Assembly (NCBI RefSeq): GCF_964355755.1
Contig: NC_092679.1
Coordinates: 5,672,201 to 5,736,200 of the forward strand
DNA length: 64,000 bases
Direction: 5' to 3'
From: Antedon mediterranea
Taxonomy: Eukaryota; Animalia; Echinodermata
The notes under the pieces were generated by a model. That model made no database searches. It was not told the origin of the DNA and worked only from the letters and a program-made list of their open reading frames with translations. How positions within the stretch are numbered: position 1 is the stretch's first letter; the number at the start of each line of letters is the position of its first letter. This document shows positions 39,701 through 51,210 of this stretch, one piece after another. The translations under genes and the position numbers were made by a program.

Positions 39701-42700
39701 GTTGTATTTTAAAACCTTGTTCTTACCTGTGTGTATCTCTGGAAAACACTACCAATGTGTTCAAAGCTTTTATTTTCCATTAAATTAAGCAGCTGTCCTT
39801 CCACATTCCAGCGGCTGTCTCCAGCATCTATAAGGTAATCCACATCACTCTCCACTTCCTCTTCGTCCACTGACCCTGTCTCTCTCCTTGCTCCCTGTGA
39901 ATAAAAGAATGCAAAACATATAGGCCTAGAAGATATTATAACATAATCATCCATCCCCATGATCAAAGAGAATAACTGGTGTTTCTCAACGATTGCTCAA
40001 AAGAGTATCCAGATAGTCCAGTTAACTTATTTTTATTGCATGGCCTATGGGGTAACAATGAATCACTTCTTCTTGGAATTTCAAATATAAACATTTCACA
40101 TGCAGTTTCAATTTTGTTTAAAAAATGTTTACCAATTTGAAGAAACAATAAGCAAATACTTTTTAGTACACCAAGTGGTTTACCTTGGCTAAAGCTAGCA
40201 TCATCTTCATTGAATCTCCACTAAAATTGTCTTTAATGCCATCCTCAATAGTTTGATCAAATTCCATTTTGTAGGCATCCTTAATGAGGCTGATGGCCTG
40301 TAGGTACATGTAGAAGTATAAACAATGTAATGAATTGAATTGAATAAACTTGATAGGTGAACACATTAAACAACTAACTGCATATATAGAATCTCACCCT
40401 ATTCTGGGAAGTGAATACGTTACTGTGAAATGAACAAGGGGGAAATATACAAAAAAAGAAACACTGTACACTACTTAACTCCTATTCAGGGAATGTCCCT
40501 TGGTTGTGTCCCAAAGGTGTCCCCTTAATATGATTATTATTATATACACAATTGTTTTGTCACACACAATGCATAGACAGCTGGAGAATACACAATATAC
40601 AAAAGTAACTATAGTCTCAGATTATTACAGTAAAGTTTCTGTTTCATTACCATGATTACTTTTTATTATCAATCAAAAGAAAATCTGTACCTACCTTATT
40701 ATTTCGTGTACATAAGATTTCAACCATAGTTGTATAAGAATGGGTCTGAGGATAAAATGAGCATTTTTAGAATGTAGTAAACATTTAAAATAGACTATGT
40801 TGTTTTCCTCAGCATTCCCCATTTTACAACAAATCAACAAATTAAGAATTGTAATACTGGTAATTTCTTGTTATATAAAAAATGTCTTTTGCAAGTTTTT
40901 TCAGTTTATGGAATGGGTGTAGTTAAACACAACTTTTGTGTTTAAACATGTACAGAAAACTTACCAATAAGGCATGATTTAGGCACAAAGCATCATACGT
41001 CTGTCGTTCTTTAAGTAACGCATCAAAAATTGCATCATAATCTTCGCCTAACTTCGTTCTTAATTCAGTTTCAAGGTCCTAAAAGATAACAATTATACAC
41101 TTATAATGTCCATATTATAAGCCTACAAATCATTTTTTTTTCTAACGTGCTATTATGACCATATTGGCTTAATTGACAAGTTCCATAAAGCATCAGAATA
41201 TATTCTGCAACTTTACATGATCATGCTTGATTGTAAAAGTGATGACGTACAGTGGCATAAAAAATGTCTTATGATCATTAAAAATATTCAATTTCTTGAT
41301 ACTTACTAGTTTGTACTGAGCTTGGAACTTGACTTTTGTTTGGTGGCGCTGTGCATATGTCCGACGAACCAGTGCCTCTATCAGGTTTTTCTGTGTTTGC
41401 CCTTGAAAAATGAAAGATAAACAAATTGAAATAAATATTTCAACGACGTCTAAAACATAAATTCACTTGCAATGTAATATGCATCCCCATAAATTGGTAA
41501 TAGAAAATCATTGTAGAGGTTTTACAAATACATATGTACTGTAATACATAGTGGATATGTTGCTTTGCATTAAGTATGTTTAAACAAATCCAACAGCAAA
41601 CATTTTGTATATAAACATGAATTCACATACCTAGACCCTTTATTACCCTAAATAATTTAGTGGAATCTTCACCATCATCATATTCTTTTGGTTTACTAAA
41701 TTCCTTTTTCTGAAATTAAAACAATACATATAATATAATATTCAAATTTAATGATAATAAACTGAAATTTTTAATATAGCCAACAATTTGTACTCCTTTC
41801 CTAAATTAAATTTACCTTTTTTTTCTCCTGTTCCTTTTTTCTAAGGTTACCAATGGTTGGTAGTTTTGTTGGCTGTTTCTTTAACATTCTTTTTTCTGGA
41901 GAAGGTTTAATACTTTCTTGTTGCTATGGAAATAAATAATACGTTTAAAGGTATGCTATTCATTGTTTAAATAACACCTTAATAGCTAACCAAGGCCATT
42001 GGCTTCTAGTGTCACTAAACCTGATGGATGCACTGGACAACCTGTAGAACCAAGGTGAACCCTATTATAACTGAATTATTACATGTTTTTATTTATTTAT
42101 TGAACTTCTCACTAACTTACTGTTAGTGAAGGATCGGGATCAACAGGTGGTAAACAGTGGCTGTGTGTGACAGTGGCTGTTTGTGACAGTGGCCGTGTTT
42201 TGTGTGGACTAGTACACCGGGGTAACACCCTACTCGTCTGAAAAGATATACTAGGTTTTTTAAAGTGAGCTGTGTGTACACGATTTAGTGTCCTTATCTG
42301 AGAAGACTCGTTCTACCACCGGAACCATGGAGCGAGTGAGCCTCGAACCCTTGTAGTTTATGTCTTCAATTCACTTTTCTTCTTCTTGTGTAGTAATAAA
42401 ATAATAATCTCTCCCGTTTAGGCATGACAACCTTATTAGTTAATTAAAAACAGTTATTCAAATAATTATTAATTTCAACCTACCACTTCTTCCTCTTGTT
42501 TATCCCCAGTGTCATCTTCATTTGAAATCTTCAGACCTTCAAAACCTCTAGTATCTATCTCATACGATTTTGTTTCTTGTGTTTTTTGCGATAGGTAATA
42601 CTCATGCATCAGATACTCATCCTCCTATGATAATCAAAAGTTTAAATAACTCAAGTTTACAAAACAAGTTGAATATACCTTTCAAACTTATTAAGCTTGT

Positions 42701-45700
42701 TCACCACTAGAAAAAAAATTCTATCACAACACAACTGACTAGGCAACATAAGAAAATCTTCTTCTATCAATCTTGCATCCCCTCTTATGACATGTTGAGT
42801 CATCACTTTTACAACATACACAAAGCAGAAAATGATGTTCATTTGCCATTTGTGACATGCAAGTATGTTTTTACAGCACTTCGCATTGATACGTTACGGC
42901 ATTGCGTTCCTAGTGGAAACCAAGCTTAAAGTGTAAAATAAAAAAGGTCATATACCCATTTATCTGAATCATAGACGCCATTAACATTGTTTAATCGTCT
43001 CTGTATTTTAGAATTCTGTTGTGCTATTTTCTCTTGTTCTCGTTCCATAAATGGGCCATTTAAACTAGAAATTAAAGAAAAAAACAATAACAATATAAAA
43101 ATATGGAATACGCCTCATTATGAATAAAAAAATGTCCATTTCATTGTTCTGTGTGTTGTATGTACTATACAGTGTAATGAAGTTTATAAATTATGTTACC
43201 TTTTTGGTTCATAATCCCAATTCCAATTGTCTAGATGACCATTTGACCGAAGCACATTGGTCAGTTTTGCTAACAGAATACGATTTTCATAATCTATTAC
43301 AGCTTGTCTTTGTTCCTCAGCCTAAAAATAAATGAATTTTAGCTTTTAAAACAAAATAAATTTAACTTTTAAAAAAGTTAGTAATAGGTAGAGTAGGCCT
43401 AAATTGAAATACAAGTTGATTGATATAAAAGGCAATAATATAATAGTAAAGAGAATAACAGCATTTTGGATAAAGTCTGTCAAACACTTATATGAAGAGA
43501 ATCTAAGTCTAGTTCGGTTTTCTTATGTTTCTTTCGCTTCTCTGTAGGTCAGGTTCGCAAAAATGACAATGCCAACATCCGAAATTTTTTTATTTGTTAA
43601 CAAACATGGAATACAGTGAGATGGCCCTTTTTAGGTTAACCATGTTTTACAATATAAATTTTTTAATATATGTTACCTGTATTTTCTTCATATTAATTTG
43701 CATGTGGTAAAATGTTTTGGGTTTTTTTGTGTCTAATCCATGTTTCATACGGTTCATCTAAAATGAAAAAAGAAAGTAAATTTAAACCATTCAATCTTAT
43801 TCATTAAAAAATCACAACTCTGTCAATTTAAAGATGTACTGTACTGTCCTCCAAAAACATGAAAAACAAAGTTTAATAATAATAATGAATAGTTTATTTT
43901 GTAGTTTTAATAAAGTTAATCACTTCCGTAGAAAAAAACAAAATAAAATAATGTTTTCACTTATAAAATGACAAATACTGTAAATGGTTAAATTCAACCA
44001 AAAACCCATTGGCTGGCAGCCAATTTGACAATTTTTTGCTTTAAATTATAGTTTTTTCAGGTAAATACATTTTTTTTTTATCCAAGTTTTGGTCAAAGTG
44101 GATAACTATTATGTTACATTAAAATGGCATATTCAACAACAACAAAATTTAAAAACTATTTTTCAGGGGGACAATACATCTTTAAAAGATTATTTTCACT
44201 GGAGAAATATCTGAAAGAGAAGAAGAATTATTTTTTTAGGGGGACAATACATCTTTAAAAACTTTAATAAAACATGAAGTTTGTTAATAAGACCATATTG
44301 GAGATGACAATATACTAAATAGATGTCAAATTGGCTAATGAATACAATATTGCCTGTGTTGATATTAGTAATTATTTTTATTTCGAGCAATTCCAAATTT
44401 GTTTTTATATTATTTCAATTAATAAGGAGTGGCTACAGTATGTGTCTTCAAAAGATCGTTCTCATCAACAACGTATACCTGAGATATTATTAGGATTTAG
44501 CGAATCTGAGCCACTGGTTGTCATAGAAATACAAAACAATCCCTTTTAGTCAAACACTATTAATGAAATCAATGTTATCTTGTACAATATTGGCAAAGAA
44601 TGTTTGATTAGCTAATGAGATTTCAAGACCGTATTTTAGAGAGGCATTCTTAAGTGTTTTGGCTTTCATAAAGATGTATTGTCCCCCAAAAACATTAACA
44701 ATGAAGAATTTATTTAAAAAAAATCAAACTTTGAATATTCTGTATGTCATTTAGCAGTTTTAATAAAGTTATTCATTACTATAGAAGAAAAAAATGAATA
44801 ACTATAATGTAGTGACATTATAATGGCATATTGAAAAACAAAATTATAATTGCTTTTTTTTCAGGCAGGAGGTGGGGGGGGGGGGAGGGGTGGGATATAC
44901 TGTAATATAGTGTTGTGTTGAGGTACTAATGAAGGACTCTTACTCGCTTAACTGTCGTAACACATATTGTTTATTCAGTATAATACTTCAGTACAATATA
45001 CAACTATAAGTATAGATAAGGAACGGAGGATCAGTGATGCTGTCGGTGAGGTGTGAAGTGTGTAGGTCTGCTTCTGAAGAAGTGGCTGTGAGGTGTGTGC
45101 TCCGTGAGGTGGCTGTAAGGTGTGTGCTCCGTGAGGTGGCTGTAAGGTGTGTGCTCCGTGAGGTGGCTGTAAGGTGTGTCTGGGCTCTTCTGAAACTTGG
45201 GGGTATATTGGCTTCGGTTCATTTGCATATGTCACAACGTCATCTGTGAGGGTAACGATTGGTCCTAAGTTGGTCCAGGGGTGTTTAGTTAGAAGTGATT
45301 AACGGTATAATAAGGTATTTCTATGATGGATGACACTGTCAAATCTGTACTTAAATAGTGTCAATCTCTCCTGGTTTAACGATGGAAGTACGTGTTTTCT
45401 TTAGGGATTCTATTATGGTTATTAAACATCTGGACAAACTCTCCTCTGGACTTTCTGGGTCAAGTTTGTGAACTTATTTGAATTCTGATACAAAGGTCAA
45501 TTTCTTAATTATAAAAGTATATCATTATATTACAATACCTTGAAAAAATTAATAAATATTCTACAGTATCTTTAATTCATTTCATTTGAATACATACAAG
45601 ACATATTAAACTATTTTATTTCAGTACAAATCTTGGAATCAATACTTTTTAACCATGGATGGAACTAATTCCTCTACCCTCTTACTCAAATGAAGAAAAC

Positions 45701-46155
45701 AGATGTGTTTGCAAATGTACATTTCAAAGCAGGGTTAGAATTGAATGGTCAAATAGTCTAAATATATTTTAATACAAGGATTTCATTAAAAATGTCCATT
45801 GATATCAATAAATCAATGGCATAACATTAATTGGTACAATATTTTTAAAACTATAGCATTTACACATCAATTGATAAAAAAAACTTGGATTGTGAGCATG
45901 GATTATTAGACTAATTTCCATGGTGTGTGAGAAAGAAGATAAAAATAAAAAACGAAAATCAAAACGATAAGTCTACCATTAAGAACATACAAAAAACATG
46001 TAATTTCATTTGCAAATTACAAAAGATAAAAAGTTGGGACATGTAGGCCTACTTACCTTTTGTAAGTGGAGTTTATAAGCTCTGTCATTCCATTTCTTTT
46101 GAAGTCGATTACTACAAGCAGGAAAAGCAGGTACTGTTCGAGGCATGCTGAGCAT
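36762..46155 (-). CDS. CFAP97D/Hemingway (KIAA1430)-domain + annexin-core fusion protein, 16 exons, ~595 aa
   Basis: Phase-consistent exons 46057-46155, 43677-43757, 43200-43321, 42956-43064, 42484-42624, 41816-41923, 41631-41709, 41307-41401, 40965-41078, 40695-40745, 40184-40297, 39727-39894, 38582-38657, 37993-38099, 37381-37524, 36762-36941. N-terminal LQRKW...LDTKKPKTFYHMQINMKKIQAEEQRQAVIDYENRILLAKL...SLN is CFAP97D-like; C-terminal IKGLG...VEILCTR...LRIITTRAEIDL...YKRRYG is annexin-like. Confidence 0.85.
38706..39690. mobile_element. Non-autonomous TIR element with internal hairpin and tRNA-like fragment
   Basis: acagatattgactgcttagaggttaaatat (~38714-38743) inverted at ~39653-39683; hairpin ~39549-39662; A/B-box-like segment on minus strand ~39015-39078. 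Confidence 0.6.
43832..44181. mobile_element. Kolobok-like MITE (TTAA TSD); relatives at ~4220-4450, ~5205-5470, ~44670-44860, ~50830-51050
   Basis: TTAA|AGATGTA..TGTCC ... GGACAATACATCT|TTAA; shared internal motifs such as aaatcagacttt and tttggtcaaagtg. Confidence 0.55.
45079..45180. repeat. 30-bp tandem repeat x~3 in intron 1 of the fusion gene
   Basis: gaggtggctgtaaggtgtgtgctccgt units. Confidence 0.9.
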
Positions 46156-46751
46156 GTTTAGAGGTAGAATTATTAGGCCTAGACTATTATAATTCTTAGA
46201 CTATCTGCCCCAAGAAAGTCACTGACTAGCGGCTAGTACTCAGGGTGAAGGTCTCCTATTATCTACTTCTAACGAGTAACGTCCTCGTCGGGATTTTTGA
46301 CAAAATCGCGTTAGTTGAATTTCGATCACTAAATTTCATTAAAATATTCACACGATGTTCGAGATGTTTGTCGAATTTACTCCGTTATCACAGTACAGCG
46401 AAACAATTGTTACTACAAACAAACCAAAGTATTATGTTCCAACTCGCGACTCAAAAGATGTGATAAACAAACTAATAAAAGTAAGCATGCGCGTCATGGA
46501 AACCATTCAATCAGCATTCAATAGACTTACGGTAAATCCAGACGTCGTAAAAGTGGGTTAACTCGTGCAAAGCCAGTTTTGGGAAAAAGTTTTACATTTT
46601 TAATATATACGCAAAAAAGCAGTATAGTATTGAAAATGTCGATTAGATTGAGGATTTGCATGTCAGTTTAAACCCATTTTTTCCTCAACTGGGATAGTTC
46701 CTTTGTATAGTCTCCATCTTCTTGTAGGAGTAGGCTATAGTATACAAATAA

Positions 46752-46895
46752 TGAATGTTTATGATGAGTGTGATGGTACAAATAATGGCATGAGGAAGGT
46801 TATACATCAACGAGGCGACAACCGAGTTGATATATAACCTTACATCATTCACCAAATGCCATTATTTGTACCATTACACGAATATATAAAACATA
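46752..46895. repeat. Imperfect hairpin / MITE remnant
   Basis: atggtacaaataatggcat..aaggttata vs tataacctt..atgccattatttgtaccat. Confidence 0.55.
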
Positions 46896-47183
46896 AATGC
46901 ATATAAATGCACCTACTAGCCTAATTCTAACAATGTCTTGTAGAGATGTTCCCATTAATCAAAATCCTAAAAACGAATTAGATTAGATATATATCGCTCC
47001 AAAAATGTCCTTCCATATCGATACCAGTCATATCATTAACAATAACATTTGCGACAAAAGTACAAAATAGGTGGCGCTGTTGTATTTCAAAAGCAACAGT
47101 ATACAAAAAATATTTTCCAAACACGAACAGATTTTTTTTTGTACACGAAAAAAAGTACTATTAAACAATCATTTAATAGTGCA

Positions 47184-48525
47184 TGTTATAATCGTTAATG
47201 TAGAAAACGCCAGCTAATGTCGAAACAACCGTTAATGTAGAACAACCCACCGCTTATGTAGTAAAACCTCCAGCTTATGTAGAAACACCAACAGCTTATG
47301 TAGTAAATAAAAATCAACACCAGCTAATGTAGAAACAGTCAACAGCTTATGTAGTAACGAAAATTGCCTCCCAGCTTATGTAGTTACTATCGCCAGCTAA
47401 TGTAGAAAATGTTATATATTTTACAAAAATGTCTCATTTATGTGCAAGCATCGATCTTTACTTAGCTATCAGTCTTTCCACCTCTCGTAAGCAACCAACT
47501 TTCTAAAACGACCACACATCTCCTTAGTAGTGGCAACCATCTCTGTTAAGGGACCGCTTCTCATAATCGACCACCTCTCGTAAGGGATTACCTCCTCTCA
47601 TAAGGGACCACTTCTCATAACCGACCACCTCTCGTAAGCGACCACCTCTCTTAAGGACCACACCTTTCGTAAATGACCACCTCTTTTAAGGGACCACGAC
47701 CTCTTTCTCTCTATTAAAGGACCGCTTCTCATAATCGTCAGTGACGACTCTTTTAAAGGACCACCTCTCTTAACGACCCCACCTCTTGTAAGTGACGACC
47801 TCTTATAAAGGACAACCACCTCTATTAAGGGACTGCTTCTCATAATCGACCATCTTCCATCACAATGACCTCTCGAAAGTGACCACCTCTATTGCGACGA
47901 CCAGTGTCTCTGTTAAGGGACCGCTTCTTATCATTGACCACTTCCGAGAGGTGGTCGATTATGATAAATGGTCCCTTAAAAGAGACGGTGGTCATTCAAT
48001 AGAGGTGATCACTTACGAGAGGTGGTCTATTATAAGCAGTGGTCCCTTAATAATAGAAACGGTGGACGTTCAACAGAGGTGGTCACTTACCAGAGGTCGT
48101 TGTGACGGGAGATAGTCGATTATGAGAAGCGGTCCTTTAATAGAGAGAAAGAGATCGTGGTCCCTTAAAAGAGGTGGTCATTTACGAGAGGTGTGGTCGT
48201 TAAAAGAGGTGGTCGCTTACGAGAGGTGGAAAGACTGATAGCTAAGTAAAGATCGATGCTTGCACATGAATTATAGACATTTTTGTAAAATATATAACAT
48301 TTTCTACATTAGCTGGCGATAGTAACTACATAAGCTGGGAGGCAATTTTCGTTACTACATAAGCTGTTGACTGTTTCTACATTAGCTGGTGTTGATTTTT
48401 ATTTACTACATAAGCTGTTGGTGTTTCTACATAAGCTGGAGGTTTTACTACATAAGCGGTGGATTGTTCTACATTAACGGTTGTTTCGACATTAGCTGGC
48501 GTTTTCTACATTAGCGGTTGTAACA
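47184..48525. mobile_element. 1.34-kb foldback element with TGT..ACA termini and 5-bp TSD (Ginger-like, non-autonomous)
   Basis: GTGCA at 47179-47183 and 48526-48530; outer ~300-bp arms nearly perfect inverted repeats; inner arms built of gaccacctctc/aagggacc subrepeats; centre ~47942. Confidence 0.8.
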
Positions 48526-49503
48526 GTGCATACTATTGCATGCCAATTGACCCACAATCAAATGACAGGAATTTATTTAGGTGTTATATATTAGGTACTG
48601 TTATATATCTTAAGGGAACACTCACACATCATTTTTATTGTTTTGGATAGTTTATGTGTTGTGCACATACTTGTGTAGCAGTCTATCTATGACATCACGT
48701 GCTACGTCTAAACTTTAAACCGTAGTTTTCTATTCGTAAAATGCGATGCCAACTCATTATTTTACTTACTATTCTCTTCAATATCTAGTAGAGAAAATTA
48801 TAAATATATACATATCGTGATATTTGTTGGGTTACTCAAAACATCGGGAGTAATCTCAATTTAGCAGGTGATGATTCGGAATATCGGCAGTGGCATAACG
48901 CACAGGCCTGAGGTCCTTCAACGCTGGAGGTCTCCAACGTTTTTAGCCTTTCCGGCATATTTTAATGCCCGTTCTTTTCCTCCGGGCACTGCTCATGGTC
49001 CCATTAAGCCCTGGGGACCCTGGGTTTTAGCCAGTAAGCGCTCATATCTTAACTAATATAATTAAAATTTTTTTTTTTATTTTTGATTTTATGTACTTTC
49101 ACTATTACATATTTATATTTTAGTCTACTCTGTAGCAATGTTAGTACGTATACTTATAGGTATACGGGGGTCACGACTTAAAGTTCAGTGAACTTACTGT
49201 GACCTATAAATGTAAATTATATATATATATATATATATATAAGTGAGTGGCAAAAATAAATAAACGAAACGAAATAGCTGAATATCGGGTAACTCCTGTA
49301 ATTATTTCTAAAACGTGATGTTGTACAAAAAGGACTGTCATTGCTATTTCACGTCATATTTATCTCTCCCATTTTAACAATATTTTAAACAGTAGGCGTG
49401 GCATGTCAAGTGTTGACGTCTTCTTTTCATTCAAAATTCTGTTCATGTTGCATCATCCACTTGATTAAATTTGCCGTTTTTTTTCTTCTTGTAAAATAAT
49501 ATA

Positions 49504-49718
49504 CCGTATTTATTTGAATAAACGCCACATGCACGTATACACAATATTGTATTTCTATTGTAGAATTCTACAATTTAACAAACATTTTGAATTTTTACTT
49601 TATTTTATCAGTTTTTGGTAGAGTATTAATTAATTACGGCCAAGTAAATAAACCTCCCTTGAATAAACGCCCTCTACAGAACAATAAACGCATGTGGTAT
49701 TTATTCAAATAAATACGG
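49504..49718. mobile_element. Tc1/pogo-type MITE (TA TSD)
   Basis: TA|CCGTATTTATTTGAATAAA ... TTTATTCAAATAAATACGG|TA. Confidence 0.8.
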
Positions 49719-51210
49719 TATGTAATAGTTTGATCCAACTAAAAACAAACAACAGACAACTATGTATTACGCTTGATTATATTTCGATAACAAATGTGAG
49801 CTTTTAAAGAGATAAAATTAAGATTCATTAAGGGAGAACAACCTATATTAACCTTGTTTCACCACCAAACTGTGATTGTCATTTTGTCATTAAAGATGGT
49901 GTACATCCTTTTCATGATTCAAAATCATTTACAATCTGGAAAGCACACTATATGCCATACCAGTACAATATACATTTTATTTCTCCCATATATTAATATT
50001 CATTTTAGGAAATATAACAACTAATCTTTTATATTACCAATAGGCTTTTAATTTAAAAAAAACAAAACTGGAAAAGGAAGACAGGTTAGTTATAATAGTT
50101 AACAATTTTAACAAAACAAAAGTTAGTAATAGTATGAACTAGAACTAGATGTCTTAATTGTGTTACTACAGTAAACTAAACTGAAATGCCAAAACAAAAA
50201 ATCTATTTTTGGTATCGGTTAATACAGTGTTCCTATGTAACAAATTATTTCACTTTGTAAATTTATTTTGGCCTATAGACAAAGAAGCAAAGAATTATAA
50301 AACAAAACATTATTCAAGCCACATCGCTCACAAGAATCTGCACAAAATCAAAACATTGACATTTTTAGAGTTGTTTACACCTTGTAATTATACATTGAAT
50401 TTAAGCCAATATGATTTGTATTGATTTAGTGGTTAACTAAAAGCTAACAAAATGCTTGATTACACCAAGAGGGCAGCAGATAAGTAAGACCTTTCTGGAT
50501 AGTACACTATAGATTTACAAATCCCAGCTCAATTTTGTGTTTATCACAATTTCTATCATTAATATTATTACATAACTTTTTTTAATTTGTTGTTAAAAAG
50601 TAAAAAGGATAATAAACCGCTTGAATAATAAATCTATTTACTATTTGGAATCAAACTGTATTTACATAAAGCATGTTTATGATTAATAAGCAATGTTTCT
50701 GGAGTACTTTCATGAGTTGTCCAGTTTGTTGTCCGTGAATAAAAGGGTTTCTAAGATGTACCATTAGATTCTAAAAGACAAAAAGGACACTGAATAATTA
50801 ATCAATATTATGTTAAATATAATGTTGAAAAAAAAACCCACAACAAATGAAAATAAATAAAAATCAGACTTTAAATAAGCCATTTTACAGATCTTGCTTA
50901 TAAAAAGATCAATAAATAGTTAAATTTAACCAAAATTCATTATCCAACCAAACAATTTGGCTATTTTAAATACAATTACATTGTACAATTTAGTATTAAT
51001 TTATGCGACATTAAAATGGCAGATTCAACAAAAAATAAAGACATTAATTAAATGTGGGATCAAAAGAATTAGTCTAAAAAGACTGAAGTTTTTCTACTTA
51101 ATTTCACAGTCCATATAATAATACTCCCTCCTATTACTTTTGTATACCTTTCTAGTGTTTATTTTGTTAATTCAAGTGTAATGTGTACGTACCTTTATCA
51201 AATACATCAC

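Noticed and set aside
44975-45484. Possible extra exon or ORFs (HTLQPPHGA repeats) in the fusion gene
   Set aside because: All three frames from the 45484 acceptor hit stops; exon 46057-46155 splices in phase directly to 43757; the ORFs come from a 30-bp repeat.
47200-47410. CRISPR-like spaced repeats (agcttatgtag with variable spacers)
   Set aside because: Units and spacers are too short, mirrored in the other arm, eukaryotic context, no cas genes.
47598-48115. ORFs in the foldback element
   Set aside because: Subrepeat-derived; no transposase or integrase motifs.
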